DNA of 64,000 bases from an uncultured delta proteobacterium. Lineage in GTDB: Bacteria > Desulfobacterota > WTBG01 > CAIYCZ01. Each line of letters opens with the position of its first letter. Positions within the stretch are counted from its first letter, which is position 1. Shown here one piece after another: positions 54,262 to 64,000 of the stretch. The notes under the pieces are model-generated. The model saw nothing but the letters and a program-made list of their open reading frames with translations, did no database searches and was not told the DNA's origin. The position numbers were made by a program, and so were the translations under genes. The stretch is from NCBI GenBank assembly GCA_963803975.1, contig CAWDOY010000045.1, positions 1 through 64,000 on the forward strand, in the 5' to 3' direction.

Positions 54262-54615
54262 ATGCCCCATATTGTTTTAGACGGTACCGTCGATGGTGAG
54301 CGCTTTTTTGAGTCTTTTCAGCCAACCCAGGAGCGCTCTGAAGGAGAAATTTTAAAAACCCAGGACATCTATATCAGCCAGGACAGGAAGATGCTCCTTA
54401 TTGAGGCCATAGCTATCGAAGACGGGCCGCCGCAGCGGTTTTTCATTCAGGCCTCTCTAAAAGATAACAGGACAACGGTGAGAATCTATCCGGGAACAGA
54501 CCCGGTGAAGACCGCGGGCGTGAAAAAATTGCTGGCTATCGTGGCAAAACTGATGCGGGACCAGCACCCGGATATTGACTATGGCGCTACCAACCTGAAG
54601 GAATTCCTGCGCTGA
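54262..54615 (+). CDS. Hypothetical protein
   Basis: 117 aa ORF with gggaga RBS and plausible protein sequence. Confidence 0.75.
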   Translation: MPHIVLDGTVDGERFFESFQPTQERSEGEILKTQDIYISQDRKMLLIEAIAIEDGPPQRFFIQASLKDNRTTVRIYPGTDPVKTAGVKKLLAIVAKLMRDQHPDIDYGATNLKEFLR

Positions 54616-54704
54616 AGCGATAATTGACATTGATACGAGTGGACAGGATGTGCCCGGGTTCCGGCCTGCAATTCGGCAAATACAGGTCCGCCCGGCATAG
54701 GGGT

Positions 54705-55715
54705 TCAGGTTATTGCACTATTACATAACCTGAAAAAAGCATTTTTTATGTGAACTAATTGCCGGCCCAGAAAGCAATACATCCCCTTTTTCCCGGCCGT
54801 ATCTCCAGCCCCCGCAGTAAATTCCTCAAAAAACAGTCTCTGCTCTGCAGTCAGGGAATTCAATGCCACTGCTTTTCCGGCATATTGAGCAGCTTTTGCC
54901 CGCTTATTCAGGTCATCATAACATTTAACCAGTTGAAAATAACAATCGCCGGGCATTATGCGGGTTGGGGTTTTGCGTGATGCAACGTTCTTTACAGCAG
55001 CAAGAGCTGCTGTAAATTCTTCAATGGCGTCGTCAAACTGGCGCAGTTGTTTAAGGGCAATCCCCACAGTATAATGAAAAGCAGGGCTGTCTTTATCCTT
55101 GCAGTTTTCCGTGTTGAGTTTAATCTCTCTAAAAATTGCCGCATGGGTTTTTTGGGGCGCATTCACCTGCTGAGTCAAAAATGGCGATCCTGAATCAACA
55201 CTGATAGGGGAGAAAGCAGAAGAATTATTTTCAGTAAGCGCGCTTTCCAGGTCAAAAAATTCAGCATCCTGGGCAGCCTTGAAAGTATTAATCGTATCAA
55301 GTTTTACCGCGACACCGTTATCAGAGGGATTGTCGCTATGCTGCTTTGACCGTTGTTTCCCTTTCGGCGGTTCAGTTGTATCTGAGAGAAACTCCTGCAG
55401 GTGATCAATTTTCTTTCCTGAGACAATCTGTGCCGCAAGCTGCATGGCTTTTTTCGCCTCAGTATCATAGCCGATAGCGGCATAGTATTGCGCGAGGTCT
55501 TCCAGGGTTGAACGTGCTTCTTTTTGATACCCATTTTGTACGTAGAAGTCCACCAGTGTTGTGTATGTGTTTATTTTCGCATTATCCGGTTTCTTTTTAC
55601 CGGCCGGCTTAAAAAATTTTAACATATGTGTAAACATACATTTTAAAAGGATTCGGGTTGTGATTTTGAATGCGTGTGAAGATATGACCGCAAAAAACAT
55701 ACCATAAGCAGCCAC
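54705..55715 (-). CDS. TPR-containing protein (start uncertain, probably 55625-55660)
   Basis: FFDL...L, IF.E.K and HY.VGIALKQL..FDDAIEEF TPR-like segment. Confidence 0.6.
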   Translation of the reverse strand: MAAYGMFFAVISSHAFKITTRILLKCMFTHMLKFFKPAGKKKPDNAKINTYTTLVDFYVQNGYQKEARSTLEDLAQYYAAIGYDTEAKKAMQLAAQIVSGKKIDHLQEFLSDTTEPPKGKQRSKQHSDNPSDNGVAVKLDTINTFKAAQDAEFFDLESALTENNSSAFSPISVDSGSPFLTQQVNAPQKTHAAIFREIKLNTENCKDKDSPAFHYTVGIALKQLRQFDDAIEEFTAALAAVKNVASRKTPTRIMPGDCYFQLVKCYDDLNKRAKAAQYAGKAVALNSLTAEQRLFFEEFTAGAGDTAGKKGMYCFLGRQLVHIKNAFFRLCNSAIT

Positions 55716-56129
55716 GCACCAGCGGCTTATAAACTGAACTTTTAATAATGATGGTTTTGCGCGGCCAAGGGGCTGTTTGGCGAACGGTTCTATCGGCAGG
55801 TCTTTTCCAAGAAGCTAAAATAAATCATAAAACGTGTACAATTTTGATTGCTGTTAATGGGAGCTTGCTTTGCGATGAGGCAACTGAAGGCAGGAGCCAT
55901 TGAGTGTCAATAAAAAAATCTGCGGCAGGTTACGGGGGCAGGCTTTACATACTTGGGCGATGCCAGTCGAGCCGTCTGAATGTGGCGGGCCTTTTAGCCG
56001 GCGGTTTGCTCTTTACCGCCCACATCCCGGCATGCGGCAATACCTGCATGATTACCTCGGGCTGGTCTGTAAAAAATGCTTCAAGGGAATAAACAGGGGT
56101 GCCCACGTCCTCCTGCTCTGTATTCGTTA

Positions 56130-57125
56130 TCAATCCTCCCTTGAGTTGCCAACCGGCACGTGCAGGGTGCCTGTAAGAAATTGATACAGGATCTGCGCAA
56201 CATCGTCCGGCTTTTCCTCCTGAGGCACATGGCCGCACTGCGGAATGACAACCAGCGTTGATCTTTTTATATCGTGATTAAACCGGCATCCATCTTTCAG
56301 GGGAATCCAGTTGTCATTTCTTCCCCATATAATTAGGGTTTCCTGTTTAATGTCATGGATACGTCCTGCATACGTCAGTGCCAATTCCGGATCAATAGAT
56401 GTTGCCGCTGCCACCTGAGAATCAATGCCGCCTCTGGTTCGCAGCCGGTCGAAATATGCGTCAATCCTGGTGTCGGTTATTTTCTCTGCATCGTAGAAAG
56501 CTTTATGCAGGCCCCATTTTACCATCCAGCGGTTAAAACAAAGGTTTACCCAGAAATCCGGAAAGGGAACCCATGTAGATGCTGCAAAAGTGTTTTTGTC
56601 CGGCAGATAGCCGCCCGCGTCAATCAGCACCAGCCGCCCGACTTTTTCAGGATGATCAAGCGCCAGGATCCAGGCAATTGCCCCGCCCAGTGAATTGCCT
56701 ACCACCGTAGCGTTATCAATCCCGATTTTATCCATCCAGGCATACACGTCTTCCGTTAAGGTAAAAGGGTCGTACTTTGCATTAAACGGCTTGTCGGACC
56801 AGCCAAACCCTTTCATGTCAACAGCCCACACATGGGGAGCAGGACTACGGCGGTCTCTAAATATTTTCTGAAGTTTTGGAACCATATCTTCCCAGGTGAA
56901 AGTGGATGATCCAAATCCGTGGATCAGAACAACATCCCCGCCCTCCCCGGGATACTCGAGGTAATGGATATCTACATCCCGCACATCAGTAGCAATTTTT
57001 ACAAATTTATCATGCGCAGCGGGATGCATGATAACTCTGGTGTCCAGGCGTTTTACGCAGGCACTGAGAGACACTATGGTACAAACACACATAATTAGTT
57101 GCAGCACCCTCAGCATTCTGCGCAT
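56130..57125 (-). CDS. Alpha/beta hydrolase lipoprotein
   Basis: LSAC lipobox; LIHGFGSS, DMKGFGWSDKP, GNSLGG, WGRND, CGHVPQEE. Confidence 0.9.
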   Translation of the reverse strand: MRRMLRVLQLIMCVCTIVSLSACVKRLDTRVIMHPAAHDKFVKIATDVRDVDIHYLEYPGEGGDVVLIHGFGSSTFTWEDMVPKLQKIFRDRRSPAPHVWAVDMKGFGWSDKPFNAKYDPFTLTEDVYAWMDKIGIDNATVVGNSLGGAIAWILALDHPEKVGRLVLIDAGGYLPDKNTFAASTWVPFPDFWVNLCFNRWMVKWGLHKAFYDAEKITDTRIDAYFDRLRTRGGIDSQVAAATSIDPELALTYAGRIHDIKQETLIIWGRNDNWIPLKDGCRFNHDIKRSTLVVIPQCGHVPQEEKPDDVAQILYQFLTGTLHVPVGNSRED

Positions 57126-57262
57126 AGTGTTCTCCCGTTGTTTTCTATGTACATGATAACGCTGCCTTGCTGATAACCGTATCTCATTCTTGTGGCTTTA
57201 ATTTTATCTCACTATCCCGGGCAGCATGTTCTATTGACAGGAACTCGCTGTGGGATGAAACA

Positions 57263-57291
57263 AATATAGGCAAGGGGTAATTGTGTGTCAA
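57263..57291 (-). promoter_or_regulatory. Putative sigma70 promoter of the hydrolase gene
   Basis: Minus strand TTGACA-N17-TATATT. Confidence 0.55.
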
Positions 57292-57466
57292 TAAAAATCC
57301 GTCGCAAGACACGGGAATGTGTTTTGGGATCAGAATGAGGCGGGCTGTTAGCCGGCGGCATGAAATGCCGCAAGGGCTGCGTGAGGAGGCTATGCTAACC
57401 CACTTAACAATGATGCAAATCGCTGCAACTGCTCTCCCGGTCCTATCCAAACGGGCGGCCTGAGGA

Positions 57467-58243
57467 TTATTTATCGAAGCTATAAATCCTTTCCCCCTTC
57501 TGCAGCTGCTCCATCTCCTTCCACGACTTATCTGAATATTTTGTGTGCTCAGGAGATTTGAGCGAGAGCTGGTAGAGGAAGAGAGCCTTTTCCCGGTACT
57601 CCTGCGCCTTCTGCGGGTTTCTCACCTCAGCCGCAGGAGAAAAGGAATAGATCTCATAGAGAGTGTGACAGCGGTGCGCCATCTGGTAGAGGATCATGGG
57701 CCGGAACGAGGTTGTCGGATACTTCTCGAAAATCTCCTGCAGCTGCTTCAGCTCCCGGAGAACCCCTTCAGGCCTGCCGTGGTATTTCGGCTCCCATGTG
57801 ATCATGCGGTAGGCAGCCTCATCGGCAATGGGGCTGTCAGGATACTTTTCAAGCAGCATCTTGTACTGGCTGCGGTTATAGGTAATACCGGAAGACGTAG
57901 TTTCCCAGCAGTTATAGCTCCCATATTTTTCCAGAAACTGCTTTCTAACCAGCGGCTCGGGTTCACTGTTCTTGATGCGGCGCTGGTATTCCATCTCCAG
58001 CAGCCCCTCAAAAGACTCACCCAGGCGCTGCAGCACTATTGAAGATTCCTGTGACTCAGGATATTTGTCCAGATACCCCTGAAACAGTTTTATGGCCTCA
58101 GGGTAGGCCTTGTCGTCAAAAGCCTTTTGCCCCTCGATGAGATAGCGCTGCTCCTCTCCGGGCTTGCGCTGCGGCATTTCCGGGAGAAAGATACAGCCGT
58201 TAAGCAGTATGGTCAGTAAGCATAGCAGTAAACTCTTTTTCAT
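57467..58243 (-). CDS. TPR/BamD-like lipoprotein
   Basis: LNGC lipobox; repeated L.KYP.S..A.A.Y TPR-like units. Confidence 0.75.
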   Translation of the reverse strand: MKKSLLLCLLTILLNGCIFLPEMPQRKPGEEQRYLIEGQKAFDDKAYPEAIKLFQGYLDKYPESQESSIVLQRLGESFEGLLEMEYQRRIKNSEPEPLVRKQFLEKYGSYNCWETTSSGITYNRSQYKMLLEKYPDSPIADEAAYRMITWEPKYHGRPEGVLRELKQLQEIFEKYPTTSFRPMILYQMAHRCHTLYEIYSFSPAAEVRNPQKAQEYREKALFLYQLSLKSPEHTKYSDKSWKEMEQLQKGERIYSFDK

Positions 58244-58250
58244 AGCATCT

Positions 58251-59255
58251 CTATCGTGCCAGGGAAGAAAGAAATTTAATGGAGCGCATGAGCTCTTCGA
58301 ACTGCTCCGGGTAGAGTGACTGGGGACCGTCAGAAAGCGCGTGTTTCGGGTCGTGATGGACTTCCACAATCAGCCCGTGCGCGCCGACCGCAGCTGCCCC
58401 GCGGGACAGAGGGATAACCTGATCCCGCTTGCCGGCGGCATGACTGGGGTCAACGATGATAGGCAGGTGGCTCAGTATTTTTACTGCAGGGATCGCGCTC
58501 AAGTCCAGGGTGTTGCGCGAATGATCGGCAAAGGTTCTTACCCCGCGCTCGCACAGGATGATCTGGTGGTTTCCCTCTGCCATGATGTATTCCGCTGCCA
58601 TGAGCAGCTCTTCGATGGTGGCAGACATGCCGCGCTTGAGCAGTATCGGCTTTGAGCTTTTGCCGGCGCGCTTCAGCAGGGAAAAATTCTGCATGTTGCG
58701 GGCGCCGATTTGGATGACATCTGCCACCTTTTCAACAACGGCAAGCACATCATGGTCAATGGCTTCGGTGACAATCAGGAGACCGGTCTCTTTACGAACC
58801 TGATCCAGAATAGCGAGCCCTTTATCTTCCAGCCCCTGAAAACTGTAGGGAGATGTTCGGGGTTTAAAGGCGCCGCCGCGAAAGAGCCGGGCCCCGGCCT
58901 TTTTTACCGCGCGGGCAATGGTCAGGCACTGCTCAAGGCTTTCCACTGCACAGGGGCCGGCAATAACGGTAAAATCGCTGCCGCCGATTGTTACATCACC
59001 TATCTGAATGACCGTATTCTCGGGCTTTACCTCACGGCTCACCAGCTTATAGGGCTTGGAAACCGGTATGGCGTCCTTAACCCCGTCCAGGCCGAAAAAA
59101 AGCTCAGGGTCGAGCGGGCCGTCATTACCGATGATGCCGATTGCTATGCGCTCGCTCCCGGGTATTGCCACCGGTGTTAAACCGAGTTTTTTAATTTCTT
59201 CATTGATCCGGTCTATCTGTTCCGGGGTGGCATCCTTTTGCATTACAATGAGCAC
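58251..59255 (-). CDS. aroF: 3-deoxy-7-phosphoheptulonate (DAHP) synthase, type I-beta
   Basis: N-terminal regulatory domain; IAGPCAVES, GGAFKPRTSPYSFQG, QIGARNMQNF, CERG, DPSH, SDGPQ. Confidence 0.95.
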   Translation of the reverse strand: MLIVMQKDATPEQIDRINEEIKKLGLTPVAIPGSERIAIGIIGNDGPLDPELFFGLDGVKDAIPVSKPYKLVSREVKPENTVIQIGDVTIGGSDFTVIAGPCAVESLEQCLTIARAVKKAGARLFRGGAFKPRTSPYSFQGLEDKGLAILDQVRKETGLLIVTEAIDHDVLAVVEKVADVIQIGARNMQNFSLLKRAGKSSKPILLKRGMSATIEELLMAAEYIMAEGNHQIILCERGVRTFADHSRNTLDLSAIPAVKILSHLPIIVDPSHAAGKRDQVIPLSRGAAAVGAHGLIVEVHHDPKHALSDGPQSLYPEQFEELMRSIKFLSSLAR

Positions 59256-59392
59256 GACGTATCTCCTTGCACTGGATATGATTACAAAGGTAGCACTTGA
59301 ACTTTAACATGTTTCTTTAAAAAATAAAATTTTAATTAGAGCGGGCCAGGGTAATTAAACAAGCGGAACAGATACGCTCTGCGAGAGAGTTC

Positions 59393-59420
59393 TTGACACC
59401 CCGGGAATCTACGCTATAGT
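59393..59420 (+). promoter_or_regulatory. Putative sigma70 promoter of the queA operon
   Basis: TTGACA-N16-TATAGT. Confidence 0.45.
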
Positions 59421-59477
59421 ACCCTATTTATTAATAATTCCTTTAAATTTCAATATATTATTTGACATTTTGCATTT

Positions 59478-60530
59478 ATGCAGTTAAAAGATTTTGATTA
59501 TTCTTTGCCCCGTGAACTGATTGCCCAGGAGCCCTTGAAGGAGCGTGACAGCTCCCGGCTGATGGTGCTTGATCGCCGCACGCAAACAATAGCACATGCA
59601 CATTTTTACGAGCTTCCCCGGTACCTGCAGCCGGGTGACCTGCTGGTGGCTAATGACACGCGGGTAATACCGGCGCGGCTGTACGGAAAAAAGGAAACCG
59701 GCGGCAGCGTGGAACTGCTGCTGCTGCGCTTTGTGGAGCACGGAGCCGGGGGAACGCAAGTATGGGAATGTCTTCTCAAGAGCCGGAGAAAGCCGCCGGT
59801 TCATGCAAAGCTCTTTTTTTCTTCTCATTTCCAGGGAGAAGTTTTAGCCCGAACTGAAAACGGCACATGGCTGATACGGTTGAAGCATCAGGGAAGCTTT
59901 GAAAACGCTCTTAGCGCCGCGGGGAGCACCCCGCTGCCACCCTACATCAGCAGAAGCGAACCTTTAGAGACAGAGGCATTTGACCGGGAGCGCTATCAAA
60001 CGGTGTATGCCAGCCGCAGCGGGGCTGTTGCCGCACCTACTGCCGGACTCCATTTTACGGAAAAGGTTTTAGCAGAAATCAGGCAGGCCGGGGCAGAGGT
60101 CGTATTTATAACACTCCACGTAAGCCTGGGCACATTTCAGCCGATCCGGGAAGAACGCATCGAAGACCACCGGATGCATGAGGAATTCTACCAGCTGCCG
60201 CGCGCCGCTGCAGACCGGATAAATCAGGCAAGAAGTGAGGGGCGCAGAGTCATATGCGTAGGTACCACCGCGACCCGCACTCTTGAAACGACTGCTGCAC
60301 CTGACGGGACCATGCGGGAGAGAGAGGGTTTAACTGATCTGTATATCTATCCCGGGTATACATTTAAAGCAGTGGACGGGCTCATAACAAATTTTCATCT
60401 CCCCAAATCAAGCCTTCTGCTCTTGGTGAGTGCCCTGGCAGGAGCTGCTTTTATACGCAGGGCTTATGAAGCGGCGATCAGGGAGCGCTATCGTTTTTAC
60501 AGTTACGGCGATGCAATGCTGATTATTTAA
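59478..60530 (+). CDS. queA: S-adenosylmethionine:tRNA ribosyltransferase-isomerase
   Basis: FDY.LP.ELIAQ.P, NDTRVIPARL, PLPPYI, AVAAPTAGLHF, TNFHLPKS, YRFYSYGDAM. Confidence 0.97.
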   Translation: MQLKDFDYSLPRELIAQEPLKERDSSRLMVLDRRTQTIAHAHFYELPRYLQPGDLLVANDTRVIPARLYGKKETGGSVELLLLRFVEHGAGGTQVWECLLKSRRKPPVHAKLFFSSHFQGEVLARTENGTWLIRLKHQGSFENALSAAGSTPLPPYISRSEPLETEAFDRERYQTVYASRSGAVAAPTAGLHFTEKVLAEIRQAGAEVVFITLHVSLGTFQPIREERIEDHRMHEEFYQLPRAAADRINQARSEGRRVICVGTTATRTLETTAAPDGTMREREGLTDLYIYPGYTFKAVDGLITNFHLPKSSLLLLVSALAGAAFIRRAYEAAIRERYRFYSYGDAMLII

Positions 60531-60547
60531 AAGTGCTAAAGTCCTGA

Positions 60548-61753
<1,206 letters not shown>

Positions 61754-61815
61754 ACCCGGTTACCTTTTGTATTAAATAATAATAACTTCAAAATTATCTT
61801 ATCTGGAGGTGAAAC

Positions 61816-62154
61816 GTGATACTGGTATCAGTAGCATATGCAATGGCTCCTACGGGCGGCGACGGGGTGGCTGGCGGTTTTTCGACCTTTATACCGCTTA
61901 TCCTGATGCTTGCCATATTCTATTTTATCCTGCTCAGGCCCCAGCAGCAACGGGCCAAAAAGGTCAAGGAGATGTTAACCAACCTCAAAAAAGATGACAT
62001 GGTAGTGACGACCGGCGGCATTCACGGAAAAATAACCGGGCTGACCGACACGATTGTGACCCTGGAAATTTCCCAGAATCCATCGGTGAAGATTAAGCTT
62101 TCCCGGAGCCAGATTGCCGGCATGAGTGATATGTATAAAAAAGGAGAGGAATAG
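61816..62154 (+). CDS. yajC: Preprotein translocase subunit YajC
   Basis: FYFILLRPQQ, L..DD.VVT.GGIHG.I; position between tgt and secD. Confidence 0.93.
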   Translation: MILVSVAYAMAPTGGDGVAGGFSTFIPLILMLAIFYFILLRPQQQRAKKVKEMLTNLKKDDMVVTTGGIHGKITGLTDTIVTLEISQNPSVKIKLSRSQIAGMSDMYKKGEE

Positions 62155-62220
62155 CCTCAGGCGAACGCAGGGCTTTTTGGCTGACCAGCCCCGGCGCAAT
62201 TAATTTTATAAGGAGCGAAT

Positions 62221-63819
62221 ATGCTGAAGAACATGAAATGGAGGGCAATCCTCTATGCCGTAATTAATCTGGTGGCGTTGGTGTATCTTCTGCCCACGTT
62301 TGTTAAAATGCCCACCTGGTGGGAAGATTACCTGCCCTCGGAAAAAATATCTCTCGGCCTTGACCTGCAGGGCGGCATGCACCTGATCCTCGGGGTTGAG
62401 ACTGAAAAGGCGGTGGAGAATACGGTTGAGCGCTACGGCACGGACCTTGAAGAGATGTTTTTCAATGAGCGCATCCCGTTTGACCATGTGAAAAAAATCG
62501 CCAAAGACCGTATTGAGGTGCAGATCGTTGATCCTGCTGCCCGTGATAAAGCGGGTAAGCTTCTGGAAGATAAATTTTCCGTCATGAAAAAGGTGAAGGT
62601 GGAAGAGACCAAAGACGGCATTATCTATATACTGGAGCTCGACAAGCGGGAAGCAGAGCAGATAAAGAAATCAGCCACCGAGCAGGCGCTGGAAACGATC
62701 AGAAACCGGATTGACCAGTTCGGCGTTGCCGAGCCGACCATACAGCAGCAGGGAGATGACCGCATTCTCATCCAGCTCCCCGGTATAAAAGATCCCAAGC
62801 GGGCACTTGATCTCATTGGCAAAACAGCGCTCCTGGAATTTAAAATCCTCGACGAAGAGGGCAACCTTGACGACGCCCTTAAAGGCAATGTTCCGCTGGA
62901 CGATCAAGTCCTCTACCAGCGGGAAGTAAACCGCGAAACCGGCGAAGTGAAAAAAGTGCCGTTCCTGCTGAAAAAGAAGACGCTGCTCACCGGAGACCGC
63001 CTGGTAAATGCACAGGTGCGCATTGAGAGCCAGTTCAACGAGCCGTATGTGTCCCTGGAGTTCGATGCCCGGGGGGCGGCCATGTTTGAAAAGATTACTG
63101 AGAAATATGTTAACAAGCGGCTTGCCATTGTTCTTGACAACAATGTCTATTCTGCGCCGGTCATTAAGGAAAAAATATCAGGCGGCAATGCCCAGATATC
63201 AGGCCGCTTTACCCCGGAGGAGGCCCGGGATCTGGCCATAGTGCTGCGCGCGGGATCATTGCCGGCCCCGGTTACCATTCTGGAGAAAAGGACGGTGGGG
63301 CCTTCCCTCGGTCAGGATTCAATTGACAAGGGACTGCTCGCAATGATTATCGGCAGCATTGCCACGTTTCTGTTTATGCTTGTCTACTACCGGTTATCCG
63401 GACTGGTTGCAAATTTTGCCCTGGTGCTGAACATTCTCCTGCTCCTTGCGGTACTGGCGGGATTCCGCGGCACGCTGACGTTGCCCGGCCTTGCCGGTAT
63501 TGTGCTTACCATCGGCATGGCGGTCGATGCCAACGTGCTCATCAACGAGAGAATAAAAGAAGAGATGCGTTCCGGCAAGACCCTGAAGGCCTCGATAGAC
63601 GCTGGGTACACGCGGGCCTTTCTTACCATCATGGACTCCAATCTCACCACCATTATTGCTGCAATTTTTCTCTTTCAGTTCGGCACCGGTCCGGTTAAGG
63701 GGTTTGCTCTGACCCTGACGATCGGCCTTCTGGCAAATATTTTTACCGCGGTCGCAATAACGCGGCTGATTTTTGATTACTTTGTTATTGAGCGGCGTAT
63801 TAAAACTTTAAGTATATAG
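62221..63819 (+). CDS. secD: Protein translocase subunit SecD
   Basis: LGLDLQGG, RIDQFGVAEP, LRAGSLPAP, VGPSLG, GMAVDANV, GPVKGFA. Confidence 0.97.
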   Translation: MLKNMKWRAILYAVINLVALVYLLPTFVKMPTWWEDYLPSEKISLGLDLQGGMHLILGVETEKAVENTVERYGTDLEEMFFNERIPFDHVKKIAKDRIEVQIVDPAARDKAGKLLEDKFSVMKKVKVEETKDGIIYILELDKREAEQIKKSATEQALETIRNRIDQFGVAEPTIQQQGDDRILIQLPGIKDPKRALDLIGKTALLEFKILDEEGNLDDALKGNVPLDDQVLYQREVNRETGEVKKVPFLLKKKTLLTGDRLVNAQVRIESQFNEPYVSLEFDARGAAMFEKITEKYVNKRLAIVLDNNVYSAPVIKEKISGGNAQISGRFTPEEARDLAIVLRAGSLPAPVTILEKRTVGPSLGQDSIDKGLLAMIIGSIATFLFMLVYYRLSGLVANFALVLNILLLLAVLAGFRGTLTLPGLAGIVLTIGMAVDANVLINERIKEEMRSGKTLKASIDAGYTRAFLTIMDSNLTTIIAAIFLFQFGTGPVKGFALTLTIGLLANIFTAVAITRLIFDYFVIERRIKTLSI

Positions 63820-63833
63820 AAAGGAACGGTCCT

Positions 63834-64000
63834 GTGGAGCTGATCAAGCCAAATACCAAATTCGATTTTATCGGGAAAATACGCTATGCGCTCATTCTCT
63901 CCTGGGTGCTCATTATCGTCGGCGTCATTTCCATGATAGCAAAGGGCGGCCCGCGATACGGCATAGACTTCAAGGGCGGCACCCTGCTGCAGATTAAGTT
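63834..64000 (+). CDS. secF: Protein translocase subunit SecF (partial, runs off the window)
   Basis: MELIKPNTKFDFIG...TM...YGIDFKGGT motif downstream of secD. Confidence 0.92.
   Translation, partial: MELIKPNTKFDFIGKIRYALILSWVLIIVGVISMIAKGGPRYGIDFKGGTLLQIK

Overview
Chromosomal window from a Gram-negative, probably deltaproteobacterial (Desulfobacterota-like) genome; the taxonomy is inferred from gene content. Many otherwise intact genes (rtcB, recJ, dnaJ, batA, an M16 peptidase) carry single-base indels, most likely long-read consensus errors. Core content: archease-rtcB, TPM/nucleotidyltransferase/lemA, an Fe-S protein, recJ, uvrB, smpB, rpoH, dnaJ, a moxR-DUF58-VWA (Bat-like) operon, a DAHP synthase, queA-tgt-yajC-secD-secF and two tRNA-Leu genes. 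The best candidate for a new system is a three-gene operon at 9017-15934. It encodes (1) a class III nucleotide cyclase fused to a CHAT caspase-like protease, a TM helix, TPRs and a CsgG/FlgT-like module, (2) a FadL-like outer-membrane barrel and (3) a TPR/Ig lipoprotein carrying a paralogous CsgG/FlgT-like module; together they suggest a trans-envelope signalling complex. An AT-rich, integrase-less nested island at tRNA-Leu(TAA) (about 17.0-23.9 kb, three copies of the tRNA 3' end) carries secreted DUF1566 proteins with DGR-type AAC>NNC variable-region signatures, plus two convergent TA modules whose toxins are both truncated. Also present are a truncated EPS-export locus, families of intergenic 7/8-mer repeats and a MITE-like element.
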